A stretch of 64,000 bases of DNA, from NCBI RefSeq assembly GCF_036588685.1, contig NC_086386.1:46872001-46936000 (forward strand), written 5' to 3'. The notes beneath the pieces were generated by a model. That model worked only from the letters and a program-made list of their open reading frames with translations, made no database searches and was not told the origin of the DNA. A program made the position numbers and the translations under genes. The stretch comes from Mytilus trossulus (Eukaryota). This document shows, in pieces, positions 38,001-51,398 of the stretch (positions are counted from its first letter, which is position 1; each line of letters starts with the position of its first letter).

Positions 38001-41000
38001 TTCTGAATCTTTTCTTTTCCGTTTAGTTCTCACACTCTGTATAACATTCTTATGGTAATCACAGATATAGATATGGGAAACCTGTGGAGAGAAAACATTG
38101 ATGAAAAACTCATCTATGATAATTTGGTACACCAGATGATTTCATCTACATAAGACTTAGAAGTGGCACAGAACTCTAAACAGTTGCAAAGCCAAGCCAA
38201 TGATTATAAGATTCCATGTCATGTTTTACAGAAGTGTTATATGCACGTTTATGTATACATTCTAGCATAAGTATATATATATATTCCAAATTCCAAAACA
38301 GCTGCAGTAGCAAGGCTTCCAAAACGGTCATATATTCCGGTCATTTGTATAATGTCTTGTAAAAGTCCGGCTGGGCAAAACATAAAACGGTCATCTACTT
38401 TTTAGTTTCAAAGGCTTTTTCGGTCATTTTAACATATATAACATGTATAAATTCACGATCTTTTTGACCCAACTTTTTGCCTTTAACAGTCATACATTTT
38501 CGGTCATAAAAGTGACATGATGATTTTAATTACTATCAAAACAACCCCATCTTCAATATTTTCTAATTTTAATCAAGGCCAATTAGTTGTTGGACAGCTG
38601 AAAACTACCAGTTCAGGTGACAGGTAAACTATTTTCAGTACCGGACATCGTATAAATTAATCGGTCCATTCACAATTATTTTTGTACATTTCAGCGGTTT
38701 GTTTCTAATTGATTTAGTCCAAAAGATCAAATTTATAATAAATACATTTATAAACTTGATTTGATGAATCATTTAAAAAGGTTTCACATGAAAAATCGTC
38801 AGAACTATGTTGTATGAACAAGAACACGTGTGTGCATGTGCACAGGTGGGAAATTCAATTATGCATTCTACATTTCTTCAAAAATGCTAAAACTATCATT
38901 GATACCTGTATCTAACGTTCGTTTTAAGTATTTTGTTGAAGAAATTAAGTGGAAAGAGCTTCTTTGCTCAGTCGTGCTATGTAAATGTACACGGATTTTA
39001 CGTATCCGTTTATGGTCCATGTTTTACCATTGTCAAATCAACATCTGGTTTTGAAAAATGTGACTTAAAAGCGAAAATGAAGTTCTAGAGAACGTCATTT
39101 TGCACAAATAAAGAGTCTAACGCAGATATGAGCACACTGATGTACACACTCTGAATGATGCAATGCCAATTTTAACAGTTTATGTCAGAACATCAAATTC
39201 ATATCAAAGTAAAGTTTAATATTGTTTTAAATCTAATGTCAATCATTGGGATGGCCATCTGATAACCATAATTGCCTTTTGTGACTTAGTCATAGGGATT
39301 AAAAATTCGGATCAGATATAAAATGTCCGGCTGGCTCAGAAAAATTTTGGAAGCCCTGTGCAGTTGTAATTATATGGATAGCAAAGAAGTTGTATGTTAC
39401 AAAGCATTTTCTATTGCATGTCTGTCTGTAATCCTTTTCCAACAGTAAAACTTTGGATCCAGTTGGAGTGTTTTTGAATCCAATCTTTTACAATTGCCAA
39501 TATCAGGTTTGCAGGTTTGATATAGTTTTATTACATAGGACCATGACCATTGAATTGAGCTATGTCATTCAACTAGCAAATAAGTCATGCAATATTCAAA
39601 TTCTTATCTATCTTTTCACAAATTGACTGAAGGGTCAAACGCGTCTATGATTTTCATGTAGTGTAGGTTTTCTTTATTGTCATCATATTTATAAGGTATA
39701 TTTCCTTTGTACATGTTGTATATTGTACATAACCATTGTATACTGTACATTACCTTTGTATATTGTATATTACATTTGTATATTGTACATTACCTTTGTC
39801 AGTGTTTGGATATTGTATATTACCTATGTATATTGTATATTACATTTGTATATTATACATTACCTTTGTCAATGTTTGGATATTGTATATTACCTATGTA
39901 TATTGTATATTACATTTGCATATTATACATTACCTTTGTCAATGTTTGGATATTGTATATTACCTATGTATATTGTATATTACATTTGTATATTATACTT
40001 TACCTTTGTCAATGTTTGGATATTGTATATTACCTATGTATATTGTATATTACATTTGTATATTATACATTACCTTTGTCATATTTGTCAATGTTTGGAT
40101 ATAATATAATATATAATGACTTACACTATCATCCCTAACAAGTTTCAGTTTTCTCTGTTGAACTATTTTCTGTATTCTCTTGCTATAGCTTGCATTACCA
40201 GCATGGTTAGTACATCTATTTGTGTTGTCAATTAAACAACAGATCTGGTCATGACCATTACGGCTGTCTTCTTCAGTACTGAAATAAATCATAAGCATAC
40301 CATCATCTCTGAAAGATTACCCTACTGTATACTACAATTACTGATGACGAAACAATTATTCATTTAAAAGAATGGTAAAACCATCATGATATATGTCAAT
40401 ACAATTGAAAATTAGATAGGGAATGTGACAAAGAGACAATAACCTGATCAACAATGCAATGCAATGTAAATAAATATGTTTTTCTGTATACCTTTGTCCA
40501 AATTAGGTAATACAAGAATAAAATGATATACAACATGACCATAGAGCAAAAAACACACAAAAGTTACCAATGAATCTTCAAAACAGCTAGAAAATCCTGC
40601 ACCCAGAAGAAGGCTTCAGTTGGTATCTGAACAACAATCTGCACTAGTTCAGTGAAAATGGGTGTCACACTAAACTTTTTATTTACTAAATTAATAGCTA
40701 TGTGTGTTCCTTAAATTGTAATTTCAGACAATATTGTTTTCATAAAAAGTTGCTATATCTTTTAAAATGTAAATCTGTACCTTAAATGTTGACACAAACA
40801 AATGTATAAAAATAAAAGATAGAGCGCATAACAGGAAACTTGATTGACTTCCAGTTGTACAATAGTTTCCGTTCATTATATAATTATTTTAAAATATTCA
40901 TCAACTCTACAATACAAATGACCAAATTTTTCATTGGAAGGATTAAATACGGTAGATTAAATAGATAACTGAGAAAAAAATCAAGGATTCTGCAATTTAT

Positions 41001-42613
41001 GTTGTTAAGATATAATTAATGGCATACATTTTCTAAATAAAACAACCTATAATTTTCATTGCAATCTTGAATTATACCCCAAAGCAGAACATTTAACTCA
41101 TAAGTTCTAGTAAACACACTTAGGACCGTTCCATAAATACATACATTAGACCCAGGAAAGCAATTTGAAATCTCATCTATGAGTGGATATTTGAGTGGAA
41201 GTGGAAGAGAAATGTATAAATATATAGATTATTAATTTACAGAGTGTCTTTCCAGTTTCCTAGGTACTGAGTTTATCTAAATGGTACAGGTTTTTAAGTA
41301 AAACTGATTTATAAGAAGGTCTGTCACCAGGTATTTTCAAATCTTAATATAAATAAACTGGAATTGAAAAGCAGGTATTGTTTCATTCTGCCAGTGCTTT
41401 TTTCGTCAATGATCATTTATTTTTAACTTAAAAACTACCTCTGCTTAGGTCTATGTAACCATAAATGTGTTTTTCTTCTCCTTTTCTTTCCTTCTTTTGC
41501 TGATCCCTGTAAAATAAATCAAATCTTAGAGAAAAATCACATAATAGGTAGAGGATACCACATAAAAGTTCATTTCTTTTCATATAACTTTCTGAAATAT
41601 ATATACACTAGCCTAAATTGAACAAAAAAATAATTGCTTTCCTGTATGTTAAAATTAAAATGCTACATTGATGGGATGCCCACTAAGCTCTTTACTGACC
41701 TATATTTTTCATTTTAATATATAATATACTAAAATCCAAGGGCTTTTGAACAGTCTAATTGTATTGTACCTATTTAATTAAATTCTATGTATCTATGCTA
41801 ATCAATGTTCTTTTTCCTTATTATATTATCAATGTATTCTTTACATGCCCCTTGTGGGCCCTTAATTGGTAATAAAAAATAACTTCTCTTATTTCTTATA
41901 TTGTCTTTCTGTATAAACATCAAAGTCCTAGGACAAGTTGAATTCCAACTTAATAATTAGCCCAATAAAAACAAAATGTGTCACTTTCAAGCCAGAAGCT
42001 CATTTAGTGGGTTTTTTTTTAATTGTTCTGTGTTATTGACTAAAATTATCCCCATGTACATGTACATGTGTCTCTTTTAAATTGTTCACATCTGGTTTAC
42101 CTCAGATCTTTTAAAGCTTTTCTGTTATTACATTGATATCTTGTTGTCACTTTGGCATAAATACATGAACATGTACATCATCATCTCCTTTAAAATGTAT
42201 TCATGATATCAAAGAAATTTTGCTTTTAATGTCCACTTGATTACAGAAGTGTGCAACCTTTTAAATCAGGTGTTTATGCACATTGTGACCTTTGTGGTGT
42301 TTATATATTCACAGAGTGACCTTTAGATGTTAGGTGTGTTTTTTTTACACTCTCATTCTTTCTGTTTTTTATTTGATAGTTGCTTTATTAGCATTCACAC
42401 CACAAGTTTTATTTTTATCTTCAGTCGCTAAATAAGAAACTAATATATTTTCATAAGATTTTCAAATACCTGACTATTTTCGTCAAACTGGAAATCACCA
42501 GTTTTATTATTCATGGAATCTTCTGCAGCTTTACATAGTGTTGGTAGGGCTGAGTAACTATGTATAGCATGGCTATGGTTACCAGAATACAATGATGAAA
42601 CTTCAGAACTCAT
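35070..42613 (-). CDS. SAP30L: SAP30/SAP30L-family Sin3-HDAC complex subunit; core exons firm, two N-terminal exons inferred
   Basis: Core exons 40278-40125, 38081-37959, 36900-36802 and 35192-35070 encode [38 protein letters not shown]...[22 protein letters not shown]...[24 protein letters not shown]...[13 protein letters not shown] (zinc finger, NLS, Sin3-binding domain). Upstream exons 42613-42470 and 41506-41439 splice in frame, giving 236 aa in total. An alternative start lies at ATG 40292/40298. Confidence 0.9.
36200..36479. mobile_element. TTAA-flanked MITE (Kolobok-like); related copies at ~18217-18484 and ~8734-8975 (partial, inverted)
   Basis: TTAAGGTGGTACCTAACACT ... AGTGTTGGGTACCACCTTAA. 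The internal sequence is shared among the three loci. Confidence 0.8.
38311..39358. mobile_element. Non-autonomous hAT-like DNA transposon
   Basis: TIR CAAGGCTTCCAAAA / TTTTGGAAGCCCTG, 8-bp TSD TGCAGTAG / TGCAGTTG, and subterminal CGGTCAT repeats. Confidence 0.85.
39715..40100. repeat. AT-rich minisatellite, 70-bp higher-order period built from ~20-bp subunits, in a SAP30L intron
   Basis: TACATTTG(T/C)A recurs at 39771, 39841, 39911, 39981 and 40051. The subunit is TATTGTATATTACCTTTGTA. Confidence 0.92.
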
Positions 42614-44504
42614 AATTCTACTGGGAATCCATTTAAATTCTGAAATGAGCATCATAAATCTATAATATAATTATTTCTTCAAAAGGGAGGCAAAATTTAT
42701 CAGTGATATATTCAAAATCACAAGTTGAAAAGCAAACTGAAAATGGCATGCTAAAAAGCAATAAAAAGCCAACTAACATACTAGAAAAACAAAGATTGAG
42801 CCAAACAAACTCTTCCAAAAACTGTGGTAATCACAAGAGCTTCAGTAGAGTAAGCAGATCCTGCTCCACATGTGAATCCAGTCATTTTGCTAAGGTAAGT
42901 ATAAACCTGTTAATAAGTAAAATTGAGAAAGGAAATGTGGAATGTGTTAAAGTGATATCAACCCGACCATAGAGCAGACAACAGCTGAAGGCCACCAATG
43001 GGTCTTCAATGTAACAAGAAACTCCCGCACCCGTAGGCATCCTTCAGCTGGCTCCTTAAAATGTATATGTATACTAGTACAGTGATAATGGATGTCATAT
43101 ATACTTAAATGAGGTGGGGTTAAACATGTAACTTTTATAAGATCTGTTTATGATAAGTGTATTAATTTAGTAGGTATCATTCAAGCATTTTTAACTTATG
43201 AAATTATGAAATGCACTATGTTAATAAATCTATCCTTCCACAGAGTAGTACTGGTGAACAATTATATAATCTGGAGCCAAACATCAGTACCGGTACATTG
43301 TATTATGAAAATAGTCTATTGACTGAAATTAGTGAAATTTACAAGAAATGTGTTACAAGGATGCTTTTTATTAGTTCATATTAATTAAACTTTGTTTCCT
43401 GAAGCTATATTCAAACAAATGTACACTGATTTTGGAACATTTCCTGCAGATATAGTATGCATCTGTTATATTAGAAAAGTCTTACAGCTAGGAGTTATAA
43501 CAATTCTACAAGGCCATAAAAAAGAACATGTTTATTTGCCCTAACCCTACCTAACCTGAAAATAGCTGCCTTCTTTAAATCTTTTGTTGTCCTGATGTGA
43601 TCAGATAGGCATGCAGATTTATCTCTTAGCCGAAAAAAAGAAAATGCTAACCTATCTACCCACAGTTTCAACCATTGAGTAGGGTTTGGACATATACAAA
43701 TATTTTTAAAGTGTGGCCAAAAGCAAGAGGTTATAACAAGTGATTAAATTAGGGACTGAAAATGCCATGATGACCACATTAAGTGACAGTGTTAATATAG
43801 TCTCTAGCGTGAGCAGTGTATAACTTGCAATTTCTCAATTTATTTTCTTGATATTTTATCCATGAAATTTATGTCTGAACATTTCTGAATCTTTATGTCA
43901 ATTAGTGATTTGGTCTAGTTAAAAAAGATTAAAAAGTATAATGTATGAAGCTGTCAAACTGAATTTTAGACCCCGTTATCATTGAATTGTTCATTTTGAG
44001 TTAGAGCTGGTAGACTTTTCTATAATATTTATATTAATCATCAAAATAGTACCAGAAGTACACTTAACCGTAAAAAAATATAGAGCCGGTGTGATTTTTT
44101 TTAAATATAATTAATTTTTAATAACTGTGTTCTCTGCCTTTCCTATTAATAATCTTTATATAAACTCAAGTATTTACTAGTAAAATTCAAATATATTTGT
44201 ATAGGCTATTATGACAGATCCTTGGTACATGTATAGGGGATGTATACATATAGATGGGTCTGTGTAATGTGCATCTAATAAATAAACTAATACATTATGA
44301 GACGACCCTGAGTGAAATACGGTAGAATTCATAAATTATATTGTTAAAATGGTCAACTTTCTGTATGTATGTGAAACTGTTACTCTAGTCCGTCAATAAA
44401 AAAATGAAAATTATAAGTTGAATCAAATTTACAAGATTTACAGGTCTTTCTGCAATCGTATTTGGTTTCTCCAAAAAATAACTCTCTTCTAATGAACTAA
44501 AGAA

Positions 44505-45086
44505 TACTCACGACGTCACTTACAGGGAAAAAATGTCTGTTTATTCAAAATTCGTTTAATTTGGTTTTCTCTACACACTAAAACCTCAATCTGTCAACAA
44601 ACACACAACTGTGTTTTAGTTTGAAATGGCGGCTGTTGTGTACATGCATTGCAAGTTCATAGGTTAACACGCCAAATATGGCAAAAAGACTCCGCCCATA
44701 TATTTATATTTTGTTTTCTTGAAATTTTGTTTAGATTTGCCAAAGCATAATTTTTATAGATAATTATTTTTTTTATTGTTTGTTTCTTGAAAAATAACAT
44801 TCAGATGCATATTTTCAAATTCAGTCAAGTGTTGCAGTCACAATGATCTCTATTTGTTTACAACCAATGTGATTTTCAAACGTAAGTCACATGTCAAAAT
44901 CTCCTTTGACTTATCAATTTACATAAACGTCACGCACCTGCTAAATCATTGATTGGTCAATAAATCCATTCAATCGACAAATCATCCAATCAACGTTCAC
45001 GAATCGCCCCATAGCTTTGTCTATGTAGCCTGCATACTGTAGCGTGGGTTATCATTGCGGCATTTCCAGCTTGGGTATAGGTAAGT
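44505..45086. promoter_or_regulatory. Bidirectional promoter SAP30L/HMGB with leader exons on both strands
   Basis: Minus-strand donors GTGAGT (~44506-44511) and GTAAGT (44518-44523), a YY1-type AAATGGCGGC at ~44624-44633, a GC box at ~44692, three CCAAT boxes (~44864, ~44952, ~44986), and a plus-strand donor TAG|GTAAGT at 45080/45081. Confidence 0.7.
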
Positions 45087-48000
45087 CTGATCAATTTTAA
45101 ATTATTTCAAATGTGAAAAAAATATTTTAATAATTATAATGCAAAAGTAAAAGGATTTATCTTTCATTTTCATTAATTTGGTATCACTTGCGTTATCGGT
45201 GGAGGATGCATTTTGCCTCTGAAAAGTGTTGATTTTGCAGGATTAACACTGTAAGCAACCGCCATTACTTTATGCTTGTGGATGCCATTGCTGTAGTATT
45301 TGGATTACTCGCTCTGATATCTTTTTTCTGGTAAGGTAACATGTCAAACTAAGTAAAGACGTTTTATAATATTGACATTTGCTACATTTCTGTAAAATTT
45401 GAACAACCAGCGTTACTGAAAAGTTGTCGAAATCGACGATTCATTTTGTCGTTCCTTTGTGAAGAAAGCCGTACACAGCCATCAACGATAAACCAAGGCA
45501 TTTGCCTTGTACATAGAGTTACTATATAACCATAGGATTCTATGGGCAATGAAAACGGAAACCTTAAACTTTCTTGGAAACGATTGTAATTGATATTTAG
45601 CGAAATAACATCAAAGAAGGGTTAAATTTAACTGGACTTTCATTCATAGTATTGGAATTTGACTTTGAGAAGGTGCTTTTTGAGGTCGTTGTTTGTCGGC
45701 GGCAGAAATATGCGCCATGTCTGATTTTTACATTGAACAACATAGGGAAAATATCTTGCATAGGATAGCATGGGGGAAAATTTGTAATGTTTAAAAAAAA
45801 ATATTTACTAAATTAATAATAGAAGTGAAAGTTTAAAATCAATCTTTGTTTGTATTTCAATCTTTTCTTTGTTCCAAAACAGATGGAAACAGGTTTAAAA
45901 ACATAAATTATGAATTTTGAATTTTTTTCACAGAGAATACATGGGAATATTTGTGGATGAATTTTTATGCTATTTTTCAGCAGTTTGCATGTTTTAATGT
46001 TACTAATGGAATTTAATACTGAAAATTCTTCCCTGATATTATTTTTTGTATTGATTTTTTGTGATTTTTGAAATCAGACTTGTTGTTTGTGTGAATTTTT
46101 TAAGAAAAGGACAACAAAAGCTGAAGCTTCAATGCTAGAATACTGACATATTGCAATGTATTTAAACAAAAATATTCGATGTTTAAGTTGCACGATTCTT
46201 GAACGTTTCAGACACAAAGTGCAGTATTGTTAAAAAATTGAGATATATAATTCCACTGACTCGTCATCATTGAACAGGGTAAATTTTTCTAGAGAAAACT
46301 TTTTATGATTGAAATGTAGCCTCAAGAATGCTTAAAGATAAATAATATTCTAATGTACTGAGACTACTTTTTATCCCCAAAAAGGTTCACTTTCTATAAA
46401 TTTGGGCTCTTTGGCTCTTATGATTCAGCTTACTTGAATAGACCTGTCAAATTATGACTTCATAGAGGGAATATAACCCAAGTTGCCTGAATCATCTAAG
46501 GGAGAGTGTTTCTACTGTAGATGTGACATTTTTCAATGAATGACATGATTTCTTACTCAAGACTAGTCCGTCCTCGAAACTCCCTACAGGCACTCTTTAT
46601 TAATGAAAATAAACATGGTTACCTTGGACATTTCTACATGAACAGCGCATGGATTTGAAGTTGATGATTATGTATGACGTTCCATCAAACTCGTCTATCA
46701 TTCGGTATTTCGAGAAAAATGATCGTGAATTTCGAAAAAAATAAGTAACTGTGACCAAGTATTGTGATATGAATGTGAAGGAAATCTTATCAAGGAGACA
46801 CATGCAAGGTCAGTATTTATTCTAATTTTATTGAATTTTATTTTTAAGGATAAAAATCGGTAAAAAATAAAATCTGAAAACTGATTATTTCATGAAAAAT
46901 CAAAATATAAAGCTCGCTGTTTATATCATATTGCTCATCAATTTTGATAAAATAAAAAAAAAAGGGAAAATGTTTTCTTCATTACATGTATATTTCTGTT
47001 TTAAATGGCTCTTAAAATTATTTTATAATATCTTAATAACAAATTTTGCCAAAATTGACATATTAACATGAAATTGATATTAGACTGTGAAAGATCAAGT
47101 ATTGCTTTTGATTATTTCAAATGATCAGGTACAATTGTTGTAGGAATTCATTAAAGCTCTGGAATGATCTTATAAATTAAATTAAAAAAAAGGAGGGTGT
47201 TGAAAATGTTATGGTTTTAATCTTGCAAATATTAAGAATTGTTTTCTTACAGATTTTAGATGTTTTCACAGAATAAGTCACCAGATCTTTCACATTCAAT
47301 TGCAATACTTGAGCACCCATAATTTCATGATCATTTTTCTCGACATACCGAATGAAGGTTGTGAAACAGACATCTTTTAATAAACTATTGAACATAACTT
47401 TTGTTTTTCACTTTGCCACTGGCTGTCAATTTGAGTCGTGGGCAATCCATATAATGCTATTTATTAGACTTTTGTAAATTAGTGATTATCCAGTACTCAA
47501 TGAGATTATTTCTGACATTCTTGGGATTTCAATTGTCAAGTGACATGGAGTAGCCAAATAATATAGAAAAATGAGCAAAACTTGATAGTAGAAATAATTA
47601 CCAAATTTTTTAGGGGGTCTTGGAAATTTTAAGATTTTTTATGAAGAACCAAATATTTGTCATGTCTTTTTGGAAATCTGCTGCATTTATCATGTATTAA
47701 TACTAATTCAAGATTTTGTTTTTGATAAGAAGTTGGTTATTTTATCGACAAGAAATGAAATTTATGATATAATATTCTGTATGTTGCTAGCTTTATTAGA
47801 TATGGGATAAAATATTAAATTAATGCTAAACTTTTCACCAGCTGTTCTCAAGTTAAAAATAGCTTTCTTTAAAATGCAGTTCCATATTTGAGTAGGAATT
47901 ACCTCCCCTTCATCATGCAATTATACTATGCTTTGTGTATATGGTTATATACTGTTCTTATCAGGGCAACAGAACTGATAAAATGTATCTGTGCAATGAA

Positions 48001-48511
48001 AAGTATGAATCATTCAATAATTACTTGATAAATATTCTCCATTTGATGGGTTGAGCCCAACTTGTTTTATTTTCACTGAGCAGTCACACTAGCTTTTATA
48101 AAATATGGTGCAAATTAAAGATGATTTTTTGATTTTTTGTTGTTGAGCCCATTCAAGGTTTTTCTTTAAGGGGAGATATATGTACGTTTACATATCTTAG
48201 TTGTACAGCATCTATGATTCATGTCCCTTTTTGTCAGAAAAACTCCATAAACTTTCGAAAATAATGATTAAACTGAATCAAACTGAAAATCTTGCAGTTA
48301 AGGATAATAAATGTGCTCTTTTTTTTTAAACACAAGTTCCTGTAGAAATTGAAGTTCAATGGTTCAGACCAGTACCAGCTAAAGTCTGAGTGCTTAGTTA
48401 TAGCCTGCAATGTCTATCTATATTCAAATGTTTTTTTCTTGTGAAGAGTTTTCTTGCATAAAAATTTAATCATTTTATTTCAGAAATATTTCAATTTAAT
48501 ATTCAATCAAG

Positions 48512-50984
48512 ATGGGGAGGAAAGATGGAAAGCCACGTGGACGCATGTCCTCTTATGCCTTCTTTGTACAGACTTGTAGAGAGGAACACAAGAAAAAACA
48601 CCCAACAGAAAAAGTGGTGTTTGCTGAATTCACCAAAAAGTGTGCCGAAAAATGGAAGGTTAAGCACTATTTAATGAACTTGGAAACGGTGAAATACTTC
48701 AAACATTTTGGGCAACAATTATGTAAACTTATTCAATTTATATTATGGCAAACAATTATTTCATGACTCTTTAAAGCTATTCATTTTATAATATGTATCT
48801 TCTTTTTCTGTTCATAAATAATTTTGATATTATATTTTTATTCAAGATTATTTAATTCTGGTGTTTTTTTTATGCACAGGAAATGACTGGCAAGGAAAAG
48901 AAAAGATTTGAAGATATGGCAGAGAAAGACAAAGCTAGATATGAGGCAGAAATGAAGAATTATGTACCAGGGCCAGGAGAGAAAGTCGGAAGAAAGAAGA
49001 GAGAAAAAGATCCTAATGCACCAAAGAGATCCCTGTAAGTCTTAATATCTGAAATCATTATATATCCCCACTCTAGGAGTAGGGACTACTTTGTTATCAC
49101 ACTTGGCATTTTTGATCAAGATTTTCATAGAGATGAGTAATGCGGTTTGCTAAAACTTTAAATTTTTAAAGTTAAAGGAACCAAATTTTTTATCACACTT
49201 GTCTATCTACTAGTATACTATTGAAAACATGGACTTCTTAATTGGTCATTGTCCACCAGTGATAAGATCTTATATTTGGGTGCTTTACTAATCTGTAAGA
49301 CTTTAATTTTAGTTTTTTTTTATCATTTGAAGTCGGAACCATTTTGTTGGTTGCCTTTATCTAATTATGAAATTATTTTTCAGAAAAAAAATGTTTTTAA
49401 TGCAAAATCAGGAGCTCAATAAATCATTAAAACATAATGAAGTTTCATTGCAATTAAAATACTTATAATGACTTAATTTTCTTGCAGTTCTGCATTCTTT
49501 TTCTTCTGCAACGAAGAAAGACCAAGTGTCAGGAAAGATCATGGTGATTGGTCTGTAGCACAAGTTGCCAAGGAGATGGGAAAACGATGGGAGAAAGTAA
49601 CCGATAGATCAAAATATGAAAAGCAGGCAGCTGCAGATAAAATCAGATATGAACAGGTAGGTTGTAAACCATTGATAAAACAGAAGATGTGGTATGATTG
49701 CCAATGGAACAACTCTCCATAAGAGCCAAATGATGCAGAAATTAACAACTATAGGTCAATGTAAGGCCTTTGATAAGAGCAAAGCACAAACCGCATAGTA
49801 AGCTGTAAAAGGCCCACGGCCAGGCATGACAAATGTAAAATAATTAAAACCAGAAAAAAACTAACAGCCTAATTTATGTTTTTAAAAGGAAGAAAAAAAC
49901 AAACATGTTACACATAACAAATGACAACCACTAAATTACATGCTCCTGACTTGGGACAGGCACATACATACAGTATGTGGTTGGGTTACACATGTTAGCA
50001 GGATTCCAACCCTCTCCCTAATCGGGGACAGTGGTGGAAGTACAAACTATAAAAATCAGGTGAAAAAGGCATATCTTTTTTACAGGCTTTTTTGTCATTT
50101 CAATCAAATTTGACAATGATTTTGTGGGAAATTTTGTATAGATTCTTATGGCCTGTTCTTACAGGCCCAACAATAATTGTTCAAGTGTATAATAGACTTC
50201 TGTTCTTGAATTTTCCATCTGTCCAAAGAAATTTCAGTAGCATTTTCCCTGTGATCTACAAATTAATGAAATTTGTAATCAGCCTTCATATTGGCATTTC
50301 ACAATCCCCACTTATCAACCAGTTTACCAAATACTTTTTTGTTATTAGATTTGATGAGCATGTACAAAATTGTTTGTCAATAAAATTGAGAATGGAAATG
50401 GGTAATGTTTTCATTTTTGGATTCACAATCAGAGTATCATGAAAATCATGCGAGGTTTTTATTCTGATGGCCATTTGGGTCCATTGCTCATAACCTTCCT
50501 GTTTATCTTGTTCATTGCTATACTTGCTGATTATACCCATATAAGAAAAACCTCAAATCAGAGCTTCTTGAAAAAAAATTCAGGGTTATGGTTAAAATAC
50601 CTAACTGTGTAATGTGTTGTTTTCACATTCATAGCGCATCCACTTCCTGCCAACCATATACTTTTAGATTTTGTACCTTCCTGACAATGTATACATATAA
50701 TATGATATTTGCTTCACATTTCTTTTTATCATGTGATGCATATATACATCCATTGCTCTAGAATTTCCTGTTTGCCAAATACTTGAAGCAGGGATATCAT
50801 TAGTTCTTATATTAACTGATTCTTCTCCCCACAGGCAATGATAATATACAGGGGAGGTGGTGCAGCTCCAGCAAAGAAACCAGCAGGACCCCCAGCAAAG
50901 AAAGCCAAACCAGAGAGTGAAGAGGAGGGAGATGACGATGATGAAGAAGAAGAAGAAGAGGAGGATGAAGATGATGACGAATAA
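48512..50984 (+). CDS. HMGB: HMGB1/2-type high mobility group protein, cassette 1 (two HMG boxes plus acidic tail, 206 aa)
   Basis: Exons 48512-48658, 48880-49034, 49488-49656, 50835-50984. Protein: [31 protein letters not shown]...KKCAEKWK...[22 protein letters not shown]..., ending in a D/E tail. A 5'UTR acceptor lies at 48482-48483. Confidence 0.97.
49685..50070 (+). mobile_element. High-copy interspersed repeat (AGATGTGGTATGATTGCCAAT family); copies at ~35365-35555, ~55897-56185, ~63778-64000, inverted at ~10200-10405
   Basis: Shared AGATGTGGTATGATTGCCAATGAGACAAC...ATAGGTCA...GCCTTCAACAA...AAAGGCCC in multiple copies. Confidence 0.8.
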
Positions 50985-51392
50985 ACACTGGCAATTCTGT
51001 ATCATGAACAATTGGGGGGTATCCTGGATCAAGAAATGTACAATTTCTGTTATGTATAGTTGATCATTTGTATATATTGTTCATCTTAGATGATTGTATA
51101 TTTAACATTGTATATAAAATCATTATTTTATTCATCCCATCCAAGGGGAAACAATCCTGTCAATTCACTTCAAAACAAAATTACAGAAGCTTTCATGTAT
51201 GATATCGAATTATTAATACTTTCAGCGATGAATAAAAATATTTATCTATGTACATTTAAAATTTCATTCCTCTCAGACTTTCAAGTAAACAGCTACAATA
51301 CATTTTTCACTATGAAAGTGCTAAATATTTTTCATCACCATTATATTTTAATTATGAAATGTTAATGAATGTCATGTTTAAATAGATTTTAT

Positions 51393-51398
51393 AATAAA
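51393..51398 (+). terminator. Polyadenylation signal for HMGB cassette 1 (conserved at 55604-55609 and 63484-63489)
   Basis: AATAAA in the same conserved context (AAATAGATTTTATAATAAAACATA) in all three 3'UTRs. Homology between cassette 1 and cassettes 2/3 ends right after it. Confidence 0.7.

Noticed and set aside
39707-40138. Three overlapping Y/I/C/L-rich ORFs of 122-143 aa
   Set aside because: They are artefacts of a stop-free AT-rich minisatellite inside a SAP30L intron.
50664-51063. Antisense and alternative-frame ORFs (poly-F/I, poly-H/L, poly-K/R/M) over the HMGB tail exons, also at ~55 kb and ~63 kb
   Set aside because: They are shadow frames of the GAA/GAT-rich acidic-tail codons.
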